Below, one piece after another: positions 51,801 through 64,000 of a stretch of DNA of 64,000 nucleotides. The position numbers and the translations under genes are program-made. The number at the start of each line of letters is the position of its first letter. The first letter of the stretch is position 1. Source of the DNA: Octopus sinensis (taxonomy: Eukaryota); contig NC_043014.1 in NCBI RefSeq assembly GCF_006345805.1, forward strand, positions 35,154,001 through 35,218,000. The letters run 5' to 3'. A model generated the notes under the pieces. The model ran no database searches and was not told where the DNA came from. It saw nothing but the letters and a program-made list of their open reading frames with translations.

Positions 51801-52741
51801 AGTGAAATCGTAGTCATGGCCAATGTCAGTGCCACCTGACTGGCACCCATCCTGGTGACACATAAAAAGCACCATTTGGGCGTGGCCAATGCCAGTGTTG
51901 CCTGACTGGCCCCCATGCCAGTGGCATGTAAAAAGCACCATTCGAGTGTGGTTGATGCCAGTTCTGCCTGACTGGCATCCATGCTGGTGGCATGTAAAAA
52001 GCACATTTGAGAGTGGCTGATGCCAGTGCCACTTGACTGACACTGTGCCGGTGGTGCATAAAAAGCACCATTCAAGCATGACCAATGCCAGTGTCCTGTA
52101 AAAAGCACAATTTGAGTGTGGCCAATGCCAGTGCCACCTGACTGGCTCCTGTGCTGGTAGCATGTAAAAGCACCCACTACACTCTCGGAGTGGTTAGCAT
52201 TAGGAAGGACATCTAGCTGTAGAAATCTTGCTAAATCAGATTGGAGCCTGGTGCAGTCTCCTGGCTTGTCAGTTCTCAGTCAAACTGTCCAACCCATACC
52301 AACATGGAAAGCAGACGTTAAACGATGATGATGATATGCTTATATATATATATATATATATATATAAATTTAAAAGAAGTAATTTAAAATTTAAAAGTAA
52401 GTGGAGATGAGGAAGTTAATAATTGCCTATTATTGTTGTTTTTGTTATTGTGGATTGGAGCATAATGGAAGGAATGGTAGGCTTTTGTTGTTGATGTTAT
52501 TGTTTCAATATCTTCCTAGATAACAAACTCATCCAAATAGTTGGTAACAGTGAAGCCCTGCTGCTCTCTAAACAGCCATTGCCGAATTTTGCCTCCAATG
52601 ACGTTATTGAAGCCAGTGCAAATGCCGCTCTTCCGGACATCTATCCAGTCTCTCCAATGATTGACATTCCTAAGATGCACATCTATAGAACTGATGAAAC
52701 CAGTGGTAAGACCTTTTCAGTGTGGATGTGTATGTGAGTAT

Positions 52742-52779
<38 letters not shown>

Positions 52780-55319
52780 TTTGATGCTAGTATTGCTCTC
52801 ATGGCAAACAAAGAGACTTCATTCTGGCCAGCCAATGGAATAAATTGCCTGTTATGATGTATCATTCAATATATAGTAATTAGTAACCTCAAGTTAATCT
52901 CAGAGACAGAAGATAAACTGGAGGAGGAAAGTGTAGAAGTTAAAGATCCCTCTGTCATTTGTAACTTTCAAGAAGTTGTCATTCCTATGATGAAAGAGAG
53001 GAGGAAAAAGAAGACAACTGGTTGCTCCTTTGAGCCATGTCTAAATTCTTGGTTAGAACAAAGTTCCAATCCCAATGTGTCAGAGGGTGTCATGGTGGCG
53101 GAATAGTAAAAAAAGAAGCTAAGAGACAGACCTGGAAAGTCTGGACCCAAAGGAAGCAGCAAGAAATGATGTCACATAGCTAGAAGAGAAGCTATATGAC
53201 AAGTATGTCTGAAAAGGAGAGAAACTGAAAGTAAGAGACTTGCCAGTGTTTCATGGGATGAAGATAAGAAGTGTGAGATGCTCCAGATTGCAAGGTAATG
53301 TATTAGTGACATCAGCAAAAAGTTCATGTGGAATGATTGTGGCACACTCCCCATCACTGACAGTGAGAAGACAGAAGCATAGAAACAACACAAGCGATTG
53401 TTGAATTAGGATTTAAAAAAACATTGACAAAAACCAGGGTTATCCTCTCATTTGGATAGAGCTGAGAGACAAGTTACTGAGGTTTATTGCTGTACTGTAA
53501 AAAGAGTATTAAATATATAAAGGCAGTGAAAGCAAATTGACCATTAGGAATGGTTTCTGAGATGCTGAAAATATCCACTGAGGTAGGGCATGCATTGTTT
53601 ACTTGCATAATCAATCAGAGAAGAAAGACATTGTCCCCACTGATGTGTGTAGCAGTATCATCTCTGACTACTACAAGAGCAAAGGAGATGCTTTAGAAAG
53701 GAAGAACTACAGAGACCTTAAATTTATAGACCAAGTCATGAAAATAACAGAGTGAGTTATAAGAGATATAGTACTGCTATTTAGGGAGAAAAAAATTGCA
53801 TAAGATGAAATGCAATTTGTGCTTGTAATAGGATGATGGATGCACGTGGCTTAGTGATTAGGGTATTGGACTCATGATCATAAGATTGTGGTTTCAATTC
53901 CTGGACCGAGTGATGCGTTATATTCTTGAGCAAAACACTTCATTTCAAGTTGCTCCAGTCCATTCAGCTTGTAAAAATGAGTAATTCTGTGACAGACCAG
54001 TCTCTTGTCCAGGAGGGGAATTTATACATCATGAAACCGGGAAACTGGCTCTTATGAGTTGGCATGACCCAAGAAGGTTGGTACTTTTTTTGTACTAGGA
54101 TATGGAAGACTATTTCCTTCATTTTAGCGACACCGTTACAAGAGAAATTCTTAGCTAAAGCAAAAACATTCTTGGCATTCATTGACTTGGAGAAAGCTTT
54201 TGAAAATGTATTTCATTCTGTATTTGATGTTCTAAGAAAATTGAGAGGAAAAAGGACAGTTTGAACTGTGAAAGAAATGTAGATGTGTATTGTCAGCAGT
54301 GTGAAAGTTAGTTACAAACTCAGTCAGGAATTTAACTTGTAGTTTGGTGTCAATAATAGCTCAGTTCTCAGTCTCTTCTTATCAATTATAATTCTCTTGG
54401 ATATAACACAAGTGTTCAAGGCTAGCAATTTGTGAGAACTGTATGTTGGTGACCTAGTTTACATAACCAAATTACTTGAAGTATTAGATGGAAAATTCTA
54501 AACATAGAAGCAGTGTTTAGAAACTAGAGGCCTAAAGGTCAGTTGGCAAAAACAAAACTTAGCAGATAACAGAACACTACTCCCTCCTGGGAAGAGGTTA
54601 TACTCAATATGCACAAAAGAAGTTGGTAGGAACTTTATTCTGTGTGCTCAGTGTAAATCATGGGAACATGGAAAGAGCATTTGGATGAGAAATGAGTGTG
54701 TGTGTATACATATATGTATGTATATTTTGAGAATATTCACCCACTACCTTCAACATCATTATGTTTTTTTTTTATGTGCAGGTTTCCACAGCGGAGAATC
54801 TAATGACCTCCAGTATTACCCCCACACTCTGTTCATCACATACAACAATAGATGGAATTGTAGCCAAAACTGTGCCCGCTCTTTGCTCTATTTGACTGGC
54901 TATGCTGTTAATGAAGCAAAACGACGATTTGGGGTAAGTGCTTTCAGCCAATCTTTTTTGTATACAAGTATCTCTATGTATCTAATAAAATCTTATTAGA
55001 CATTATAAACACTAGTTTGAAATGGAGAAGCAAGATCAGTTATAACTGCTTAGATAGCTATTATCGTCTATATTTTACTTGTTTCAGTCATTAGACTGTG
55101 GCCATGATGGGGCACCATCTTGAAAAATTTTTAGTTGAACAAATCAGCTCCATTACTTATTTTCTTTTTAAGCCTTGTACTCATTCTATCGATCTCTTTT
55201 GCCAAACTGCTAAGTTACAGGGATGTAAACACACCAACACCAGTCGTCACTTGGTGATGGGGAACTAACACAAACATATACATATATATGGATAGATAGA
55301 TATGTATATAGATAAATGG

Positions 55320-55371
<52 letters not shown>

Positions 55372-57161
55372 CTAGCAGTATCGCCCGGCGTTGCTTGGGT
55401 TTGTAAGGGAAATAACTATATAAGCATTTTTAGAGGGTTACTTCCCTTATAGATAGATGCCAATTCGGGCTTTCTTAGCCATTTCCGTTTTGGTGTCTTC
55501 AAGCCATGAAGTCGTTGTTCTAAAAGAACGCTGGTCTCCTTGACAACGCTTTACGACGTTGATTTCCTTACACTCCCTTCCCCACAGCTTCACGAGGGAG
55601 GGAAGAAGGGGGAGAAGCAAACAGGTGCAGGTGTGACCATGGACGCCAACTCCGCCGGCATCGACACACGAAAAATTATGCATTAAAATGGAATAAAAAA
55701 TGATGTTAATTTATTTTTAAAATCGTAGACTCATCGTAGATGCGCGCTAATACTCAGACGGGCTCGATATGAATCACGACTATAAGATACCCGAATTTGG
55801 TTAAACTGCACCGCAAAATGTGGGAGTAGTTAGGAATCTAAATCGAAGGTGACAGACACTCACACAACTACAGTTTTATATATATATAGATAATAATAAT
55901 TATTATTTGAGGGAATAAAATCCAAACTTACAAGGAAAAAAATTCAATTTAGAAATACCAAATCAAATTTCACACAATATAATATATATATAAAAAATTA
56001 GAAAAAGAACACCTTTTATATAATCAGTTCTTAAATATAGCCATGAAACACAGGTTGTTTTTCTACCTATTATATACGTTTTTATTATTATACTTAAATG
56101 TAACATCTTGCCCCATATTAATTTGATACTTACATAAAAAAATACCTCTATGAATCAAATTATGAGTGAGTCTCCTTGTCTTAACATTGTTACCACATTG
56201 GGTGAAATGCTTCGCAGCATTTCAGCCATCTTCATATTCTGAGTTCAAATGCTGCTGAGGTTGACTTTGCTTTTCATCCTTTCGAGGGTTAGTAAAATAA
56301 ATACCAGTCAAATACTGGGGTCGATGTAATTGACTAGCCCCCCTCCTCCAGAATTTCAGGTCTTGTGCCTGTTGTAAAAAGGAGTATTATTATTATTATT
56401 ATTACTATTATCATCATTATTATTATTATGAAGGTATTGAGCTGGTAGAATTCTTATTACGCTGGGCAAAATGCTTAGCAGTGTTTTGTCTGTCTTTACA
56501 TTACAACTGCTGAAGTTGACTTTGCTTTTCATCCTTTTGGGATTGATAAAATAAGTACCAGCTGAACACGGGGAAGCGGGGTCAATTTAATCCATTTAAC
56601 CTCTCCTCCAAAATTGCTGGCTTTGTGCTAAAATTTGAAATCAGTATTATTGTCAGGAGTGGTTGGCGTTAGGAAGGGCATCCAGCTGTAGAAACACTGC
56701 CAGATCAGACTGGGCCTGGCGCAGCCTTCTGGCTTCCCAGACCCCAGTTGAACTGTCCAACCCATGCTAGCATGGAAAACGGACGTTAAATGATGATGAT
56801 GGTGATGTATTGGTTTTATTATATTATGCATATTTTATTAACATTTGTCTTTTATTACTCTTGTTTGTGTTTGCAGGCGAATGTTCGACAGTTACCTGAG
56901 CCAATCAATTTGCAGTGTGTTAATATGAATGACTCCACCTTTAATTTTCTCTTTCTCCAACTGAACACACTAGACTTCCAAACTGCTGATGGCATTAAGA
57001 ATTTGCTGTGGTGTGACCCACACAATCTTTTGTTCTATAAAAAATTTCGGCAACCTTGGCTGGGTAAGTCTAGCCGCAAAAACAAATACCTTGACTATAA
57101 TGCTGAAGTCTTTCAGAAATTCCTCGCTGTGTATCTCAATGGAATGCAACAGAATGTTTGA
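41407..57161 (+). CDS. MRPL37: Mitochondrial large-subunit ribosomal protein mL37 (spliced, 8 coding exons, 419 aa)
   Basis: Exons 41407-41527, 44753-44914, 45766-45863, 48573-48709, 50466-50584, 52520-52705, 54782-54933, 56877-57161 sum to 1260 nt with GT-AG junctions and consistent phases. Motifs CRLLEG.KQA..LTK, IYPVSPMID, YPHTL, FLFLQLNT.D..GIKNL.W.D and FQKFLAVYLNG match mL37. Confidence 0.96.
44753..44914 (+). CDS. MRPL37: mL37 coding exon 2
   Basis: (N)VEIIDPCAKPKLPPWEPP..WKPPPLEEQDNYHKDPMYLYFQKCRLLE(G); cAG| acceptor and G|GTATCA donor. Confidence 0.95.
45148..45585 (+). mobile_element. Full-length family A SINE in an MRPL37 intron
   Basis: Complete head, CORE-like block, (TA)n, 3' half and GAGTAAA tail. 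Confidence 0.85.
45766..45863 (+). CDS. MRPL37: mL37 coding exon 3
   Basis: (G)LKQARILTKCAQFPGFPPDLKEKIGKVTIPNQ; CAG|GTAATT donor. Confidence 0.95.
46672..47447 (-). mobile_element. Telomere-repeat-containing MITE with a nested family A SINE (46738-47112)
   Basis: Reverse-complement match to 37739-38173, split by the SINE. Confidence 0.75.
48120..48420 (+). mobile_element. Penelope-like element fragment (post-RT helical domain)
   Basis: MARHFILHGYPLTTIHNALARAR resembles the M..F..RGYP..I..A..RA motif of Penelope ORFs. Confidence 0.7.
48573..48709 (+). CDS. MRPL37: mL37 coding exon 4
   Basis: DLLVQRNIMFSQVWHSNYKKLPKRIDKSKPGFKFSREYGIPGLQA(S); cttAG| acceptor and TC|GTAAGT donor. Confidence 0.93.
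50466..50584 (+). CDS. MRPL37: mL37 coding exon 5
   Basis: QLLLSNLLRLCNTQTKIFPDILTDYQLVKSSFLRSHITY; long pyrimidine tract ending tttcAG|, donor G|GTATGT. Confidence 0.93.
51690..52335 (+). mobile_element. RTE-tail-type SINE (family D) with internal tandem units
   Basis: Repeats of GGCA(C/T)GTAAAAAGCACC, then GGAGTGGTTGGCGTTAGGAAGGGCATCCAG..CATGGAAAGCGGACGTTAAACGATGATG; related copies at 49945-50140, 56658-56800, 58376-58690. Confidence 0.75.
52520..52705 (+). CDS. MRPL37: mL37 coding exon 6
   Basis: (D)NKLIQIVGNSEALLLSKQPLPNFAS..LPDIYPVSPMIDIPKMHIYRTDETS(G); donor G|GTAAGA. Confidence 0.95.
53000..54680 (+). mobile_element. Highly degenerate RTE LINE remnant with nested SINE
   Basis: Fragments such as NYRDLKFIDQVMKI and FLAFIDLEKAFENV; many stops. 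Confidence 0.65.
54782..54933 (+). CDS. MRPL37: mL37 coding exon 7
   Basis: (G)FHSGESNDLQYYPHTLFITYNNRWNCSQNCARSLLYLTGYAVNEAKRRFG; donor GGG|GTAAGT. Confidence 0.95.
55372..55888 (-). mobile_element. Non-autonomous Helitron, apparently full length
   Basis: On the minus strand: A|TCTATATATATAAAA 5' end, subterminal hairpin (ACCCAAGCAACGCCGGGCG, imperfect) and CTAG|T 3' end; inserted at AT with no TSD. Confidence 0.8.
56877..57161 (+). CDS. MRPL37: mL37 terminal coding exon
   Basis: gtttgcAG|ANVRQLPEPINLQCVNM..FLQLNTLDFQTADGIKNLLWCD..FQKFLAVYLNGMQQNV*. Confidence 0.96.
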   Translation, partial: ANVRQLPEPINLQCVNMNDSTFNFLFLQLNTLDFQTADGIKNLLWCDPHNLLFYKKFRQPWLGKSSRKNKYLDYNAEVFQKFLAVYLNGMQQNV

Positions 57162-59960
57162 ACAAGCTTGAGTACTGTTTGTAACCCAGTGCTCGCTTTT
57201 TCTTGTCAAGTTTGGACTGCCTTGCCTTATTATTCTATGCTGTTCTGTTGAGGACTGACACTTTTCCATACCTTCCACCACAATATTCAAGAAAGTAGAA
57301 GCAAGATGAGAGGATGGTGGCAGAGGTTCGTTTTTGAAGCAACAAAAGAGATTTTAAACCAGATGTTAGAAAATACATTAAACAGACTATAAGCTTTTAT
57401 ACTATTAACCTTACTGTTAGAGATGAGATTTTAAAAATAATTATATTTACAATTTGATTGGTTTAATCTCTGATTGCCAACTGTTGTCTTAGTTTTGAAT
57501 GTGTACATAGTCAAGATTAAGACTGAATTTGAGTTAAGAGCCTCAGTTTCTAAATTAGTTGGTATTCATTTATAACACACTTGATGATGGTCAAATATCA
57601 ACAAAATCAAAATGTAGTGTAGATGTGAATATGAAAAATCACAACTCATTTCAACATCATCATCAACATTTAACATCTATTTTATAGGCTGGTGTTAAGA
57701 AATTATTGGAAATGTTAAAAAGCAGTCAAATATGTGACAATATGTTAAATACGTGTTATAAAAAAGGGTTTTGAAATCATTGCAAAAATGTGAAACAAAT
57801 GTTTGAAAAACATGAAATGCTTTTACAAGGATGTGAAGCTGATGCTTGCCAGAGATATTGAATAAGGATTTGGAAAAGATGCTCTACAGCTGTTTCTAAG
57901 CAGACAATGAAACATTAAACAGAGATCAAGTTTGTTCAACAGATGTATATTTTCATATTACATGAAAGAGGCAGTTAACAGAGTTGACTTTTTGTTCCTT
58001 TTTTTTTTTTAGAATAAATTAATTAGATTAAAATATGAAGAAAAAACAACAAACATCATGAAAGTGGTTGTATTTCTCTTTTTATATAATTTTTCTTTCT
58101 AACTTCAACTTTGTATCTCTTGATTTATATCATGCTTGCATGAGTTAGTGGAGTCCTTTCCAACAATGTCTTACCATTTGTTCTATTTTGTCATCACCTT
58201 TGTGGAGTTCAACATCCTGAGCTCAGCTTTTATCACTTCTATCAATGTTTCAGTTATCCTTAGTTATTCTGTAGCATGTCCTGGCTACTTCAGTTATGTT
58301 ATTTGTCCATTTCTCCGCCACTAGTATGCTTACTACATTTTCGATCAACATCAATGGAAATTGCAGCTGTGATCAGTGCCGGTGGTATGTAAGAGAACCA
58401 TCCGAACGTGGCCATTGCCAGCGCCGCCCCGACTGGCCTTGTGCTGGTGGCACGTAAAAAGCACCATCCAATTGTGGGCGGCTGCCAGCCTCGTTTGGCA
58501 CTTGTGCCGGTGGCACATAAAAAGCACCCACTACACTCACGGAGTGGTTGGCGTTAGGAAGGGCATCCAGCCGTAGAAACATTGCCAGATCAGACTGGGC
58601 CTGATGCAGCCTTCTGGCTTCCCAAACCCCAGTTGAATCGTCCAACCCATGCTAGCATGGAAAACGGACGCTAAACAACGATGATGATGATGATTGTTCC
58701 TTAACCAGAATTTGTACCTGTGTTCTCTCTGTTATGTTCAGTTCCAGTCTTCTGTGAAAAAGCATCTGGCCATGTGGAAATTTCACTTTACTTGGAAACA
58801 GGTGAGGGTTATAGAAAATCTGCATCAACAGATTATGTCCGACCCATGCATGGAAAAATAGACACTATATGATGAATGATGAAACTTGAGAAAATCCTCA
58901 ATATTTTCTTTCCTTCTCCATATGTAAAATATAATGAAACTATTGGCATTTTCTTTTAAGTTGGCACATAATAAGGTAATGACAATAATAATTTTTAACA
59001 GTCTAGCAAAGAGCATATAGGATATACTTGGTATTCTTTAGTGGCTGCGGTCTGAAATCTTAAAAAGCTTCAGAACTCCTGTCTTAATGTATCTGTTTAT
59101 AGCAAGAAGAGCTGAAAATTCATCACTACACACCATATGATTGTACAGGTTGTTTATAATCATTGTCATACAAAATCTTTTGATGTGACATACGGTCTTT
59201 CTAGTGACTCTATTGCCTTACAGTATCACACCACAGGTCTTCTCTACCTCCCACTGAAGGAAGTCTGCTATTTCTAACCTGTTGCCATCATCATCAAATG
59301 TCCACATTCTTTGTTGGGGATGATTTTTTGTAACATGCTAGATGAGATGTTGCTAGTTCAATCCTCTTTTATTTCTGGAGAAAACAAACATAGTAAGTGG
59401 TCCTCTATGACCCTCCCACAGTGGGTTAAGCAAATCTGAGAGAGAGAAATCTGTCCTACTACTGAACTTGTGCTTTATTTGGAAGTATCAAAGGCAAAGT
59501 TGACTTTGGTAGGATTTGAATACAGACTGCAAAGAGCTGGAACAATTGCTACAAGACATTTGTCTGATGCTCTAATAATTCTGTCAAACAGTCCAATATA
59601 TATTACATCTCACTGTCTTAAAAAATAGGGTACATTGTATAATTTTAGATTATGTCAAATAAATTTAGGATAATCATGGCTGATATGTGGAGGCATGTAG
59701 ATTAGTGTTGGATTCATGATCGTAAGATTGTGGTTTCGATTCCTGCACCAGGTGATGTTTCGTGTGCTTGAGCAAAACTCTTCATTTCAAATTGCTCCAG
59801 TCCACTCTGCTGGCAAAAACTGAGTAATCCTACGATGGATTGGCATCCTATCCAGTAGGGACTATATTATACACCACAGGATCCGGGAAACCTGCCCATG
59901 AATCAATATGATTTGGGAAGTGTCTCATGGCTGAGATGCTTTCATCATAGGTGTACTCAT

Positions 59961-60445
59961 CTGGGTTGACTTGGAGGTATACAGCAAACACTGACACCTG
60001 GTATAATGCAGTACATTTTCATGAATACTTTACTTGACCCCTTTTAATACCAATCCACCCCAGACTACCCGTGGTTCTGTGATATGAACTTTGTTTTAAC
60101 CTTTTAGCATTTAGACTAACCATATCCAGCCAAAATATTCTACTTGTTTTATGTTCAAGCTGGCTGGATCTGACCTCTCACACATACCCTATAATGTTAT
60201 TCTGGGTTGATTTGGGGGTATACAGCAAACACTGACACTTGGTATAATGCAGCACATTTTCATGAATACTTAACTTTTGACCCCTTTTAATACCAATCCA
60301 CCTCAGACTATCCGTGGTTCTGTGATATGAACTTTGTTTTAACCTTTTAGCATTTAGACTGACCATATCCAGCCAAAATATTCAACTTGTTTTATGTTCA
60401 AGCTGGCTGGATTTGATCTCTCACACATACCCTATAATGTTATCC
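59961..60445. repeat. Tandem duplication, ~241-243-bp period
   Basis: 59961-60201 repeats at 60202-60445 with few substitutions and a 2-nt indel. Confidence 0.9.
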
Positions 60446-60562
60446 TAAAAATGAAGAAACAAATCATTGAAATCTCAAAGCTATGAGATAATATATGATT
60501 GATTCAAATCAATGTGAATAAATACACATTACATTTGACAAATTAATCTGAATGCTAAAGGG
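60343..60562. mobile_element. TTAA-flanked (piggyBac-like) MITE
   Basis: TTAA|CCTTTTAGCATT and AATGCTAAAGGG|TTAA. Confidence 0.75.
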
Positions 60563-61897
60563 TTAAAGGGATTTAAATTAAAACCTTCCATAAAAATTTC
60601 ATATTTATGATCCCAAACATTAGCTTAATAATTAATTGAAATGATGGTGGTGTATTTCAGCAAAAAATGTTAAATGAAAGAGCTAATTAATTCTGGAAGG
60701 ATGGAAGGCAAATATGGCCCTGTTGAAAATTTGATAAAATGTCTGCTTCACATTGGTTCACATTGGGCTAAAGAATATCATCATTTATTGAGGATTCATC
60801 TTTTATTTTAGTCTTTTGGACTGCGGCCATGCTGGGGCACTATCTTGAAAGTTTTAGTCAAACAAAACCCCAGTACTTATTTTTTTAAAGTCAAGTTCTT
60901 TAGCTGTTAGTCTCTTGTTGAACTGTTAAATTACAGAGATATAAACAAACCAACACCAGTTGTCAAGTGGAGTGGGGATAAACAAAGATACAAAAATGTG
61001 CATGTGTGCACACACACATACACAATTATACATATACACACACACAAACAACAGGTTTCCATATAGTTTTTGTCTACAAAATTCACTCACAAGGCATTGG
61101 TTAGCTTGGGGCTATAGTAGAAGACACAAGCTCAAGGTTCCACACGGTGGGACTGAAACGGAGACCATATTGTTGCAAAGCAAGTGTAATTACACAGCTA
61201 TGCCTGTGCCTGTACACAGCCAAGATGATGTTTATGCATTTTTTCATATGTTATCAGACAAGAATACTCATTAACTCTAGATGTGTGAAAGTTTTTTTTT
61301 GTCTTTGAAATGTGTTAATCAGAGGAGAAAAGGTGGAACCCATAACTATTTCCATGGCCTTTGTGACTGATAGGAGGAAGTTGCCCTCACAGGGGTGACT
61401 TAGCCAATTACTTGCATGCAACAGAGAGAAAGCTGTTGACCGTTCAGCATTTACATTATTCTGTCAAAAGAGCTAATTTATTTATATTGTCTTGAATTTT
61501 CAATTCAATTCAATTCAATTTTTATTGGCTCAAAAAGCAAAAGCAAAGCCATGTAGGGGGACAGGGAGTTATGTACTGGGAGGGTGGTTATACAAAGAGT
61601 TCAGGCCATTTCTGGTCAAGGGAGACTCTGAACTGAGCGGTCATCGGCATCTTCACTATCTCGTCCTGCAGCTTAAATATGTGTTATCTTATAGCTTTGA
61701 GATTTTGATGAGGTAACTTAATTTTTAGAATGATATTGTAGGGTTGGTGAGGGAGCCAGATCTGGCCACTTAGCACATAAAATGGGTTGAATATTATGGC
61801 TAGTTTAAACGTTAAAGGCACTCAAGGCAGGATGTAGAGTTAAGCAGGACAATGGATTAAGTCTACAACCAAAGAACAGGTATGATCATGAACGTTT

Positions 61898-62128
61898 AGG
61901 TGGCGAGCTGGCAGAAACGTTAGCATGCCGGGCAAAATGCATAGCCGTATTTCGTCTGCTGTTATGTTGTGAGTTCAAATTCCGCCGAGGTCAACTTTGC
62001 CTTTCATCCTTTTGGGGTCGATAAATTAAGTACCAGTTACGCACTGGGGTCGATGTAATCGACTTAATACCTATGTCTGTCCTTGTTTGTCCCCTCTGTG
62101 TTTAGCCCCTTGTGGATAATAAAGAAAT
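61898..62128 (+). mobile_element. Family B SINE, single unit with TSD
   Basis: AGGTATGATCATG on both flanks. Confidence 0.85.
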
Positions 62129-62647
62129 AGGTATGATCATGCTGACCAGTTCTCACCCAGCTTCTCTCTATGTAATTTCACTCACAAGGCTTGGACTGAT
62201 TTGAAACCATGGTAGAAGACTTCTGGCCAAGATGCCGTGCAGCAGGATCACACAAGTATGAAGAAAATTGTAAAACACACTGGCATGCCACATCCCACAC
62301 AACAGATAAATGTATACACACACACACACACACAATCTGAGAGTACATGGCCTAGTGGTTAGGTTGTACTTATGAATGCATGATTGTGGTTTCAATTCCT
62401 GGAGTATACACTTCATCTAATGTTGTTCTGCAATTACTTCAACACCTGATGTGTGATGCACCTGTTCAAGCAATGCCAACTTGGAGGAAATGAGCTAGTG
62501 TACAGCACATATCACTATGTGCTAGTTTGTTCAGCAAGAGACTGTTTTTCTTGGACCTTGAGAGACTTCCACTGCATACACAAAAATATGAGACTTCCAC
62601 TGCATACACAAAAACATTATATACATATACTTTTTAACATATGTATA

Positions 62648-63163
62648 CCGTAATTCCTTGAGTATAGTCCGCCCTTGAGTATATTACGCAGGGGATTTTT
62701 AGGGGGCTGTACCTCTGAAAAACCTAAACCTTGTGTATAATACGCACCCCTTCTCTTAACTTGAGTCGTGCGTAATTAAACCGGCAGCACCTAGTCGAAC
62801 AAACACTTCCGCACATGCGGAATACAATAATGGTGATGTTCTTAACTGTTATATGGGAATGTAAATATGTTTGCAAATTGTTTTTGTTACATGTTGTTCT
62901 GTGTTCTGAATACTTTTATTTTAATAAATGTTGTTTACTGAAAGTTATGGATAATTCTTTGATGACTTCATTGCTTTCAGGCAAGGTATTTTTGCGCCCA
63001 ACATCACAAAATGCGTCTGAATAAACATTGTTGGACAGCAAATAGAGACTTGGACATTGTTTAGAAAATATTTTTCATTTTTAGCCTCGTATATAATACA
63101 CACTAGGGATTTTGACCTTTAAATTTTGGGAAAAAAATGTGGATTATACTCGAGGATTTACGG
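62648..63163. mobile_element. Pogo/Tigger-like MITE with TA TSD
   Basis: TA|CCGTAATTCCTTGAGTATAGTCC and GGATTATACTCGAGGATTTACGG|TA. Confidence 0.8.
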
Positions 63164-63284
63164 TATATAAAATTACACACAAAAATATGAAGATAAATAT
63201 ACATTTTATACGAAAACTTCTAAAGATTATATATATGTGTGTGTATATATATATATATATATGTGTATATATATATATATATCT

Positions 63285-63565
63285 CACCATGACCGACCAG
63301 GCTATCAGATGTTGCTACACATCGCTGGTGACAATGCGCTTCGCATTGTTTTAGCCTGCAAATGACGCCACCCCGCTGGCTAAGCGAGCAGGCCAACAGA
63401 AGAGTGAGAGAAAGTTGTGGCGAAAGAGTACAGCAGGGATCGCCACCACTCCCTGCTGGTGCCTTGTGGAGCTATAGGTGTTTTCGCTCAATAAACACTC
63501 AACGCCCGGTCTGGGAATTGAAACCGCGAGTCCGCTGCCCTAACCACTGGGCCATTGCACCTCCA
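63285..63565 (-). mobile_element. tRNA-derived SINE family C
   Basis: Near-identical to 8665-8962. Confidence 0.8.
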
Positions 63566-64000
63566 CACACACATATATATATATATATATCCCTCTCTCT
63601 CTTTCGGAGAGGCACTGAGCACCTACACGCACACATACACACACGGCAGTAACTTCTGCCTACCGAATTCAATCACAAAGCTTCGGTCGACTCGGGGCTA
63701 TAGTGGAAGACACCTGCCCGAAGTGCCACGCAGTGGGACTGAACCCAAAACCATGTAGTTAGGAAGCAAGCTCCCTAACCACACAGCTATATATAATCTA
63801 TTATTAAATACAAATACATTTATAATTTCAAAATATATTTTACTTTTTCAAAATTATACACTTTAATGTTTGTGCAATTGTCTTAACTGATGTCATTGTA
63901 TGTGATTCAAATGGCAGTAATGAGTTTGTTATTTACATAACTCGACCACAATATCTCTCCATCAACACTGCATTTTTTGAAGTACACACATATGCACACA

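Noticed and set aside
51740-52175. CRISPR-like repeat-spacer array
   Set aside because: Eukaryotic context, spacers are homologous to each other, no cas genes, and it is part of a SINE family.

Overview
AT-rich, microsatellite- and retroposon-dense eukaryotic genomic DNA. The SINE families and compound (TA/CA/TACA/TATC)n repeats look like an octopus/coleoid cephalopod genome (inference). There is one 100-N assembly gap at 9743-9842. Two protein-coding genes are well supported on the + strand. (1) A CTR1/SLC31A1-like copper transporter: only its last two coding exons are identifiable (18333-18453, 26153-26357), and the Met-rich N-terminal exon(s) could not be located. (2) A complete mitochondrial ribosomal protein mL37 gene (MRPL37): 8 coding exons at 41407-57161, 1260 nt, 419 aa, all GT-AG with consistent phases. 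Between them is a candidate spliced minus-strand unit carrying a 117-aa ORF I do not recognise. It may share a bidirectional promoter with MRPL37 (~38330-38570) and overlap the CTR1 3'UTR in antisense. The rest is mobile DNA: tRNA-derived SINEs (CORE-like, Nin-like and others), RTE, CR1, RLE-type and Penelope retroelement remnants, two related LTRs, mariner, Tc1, Merlin, pogo-like, piggyBac-like and Helitron elements, and several long hairpins. The most interesting non-genic signals are Penelope-type hammerhead-ribozyme motifs (12357-12394, 21957-22007), head-less SINE multimers that look like repeated self-insertion, and long fold-backs bracketing a CTR1 exon. Nearly all ORF-track entries made of IY/VC/HT/MYVC repeats are microsatellite artefacts. 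No CRISPR, rRNA or genuine tRNA gene was seen. Repeat boundaries are approximate unless TSD/TIR coordinates are given.
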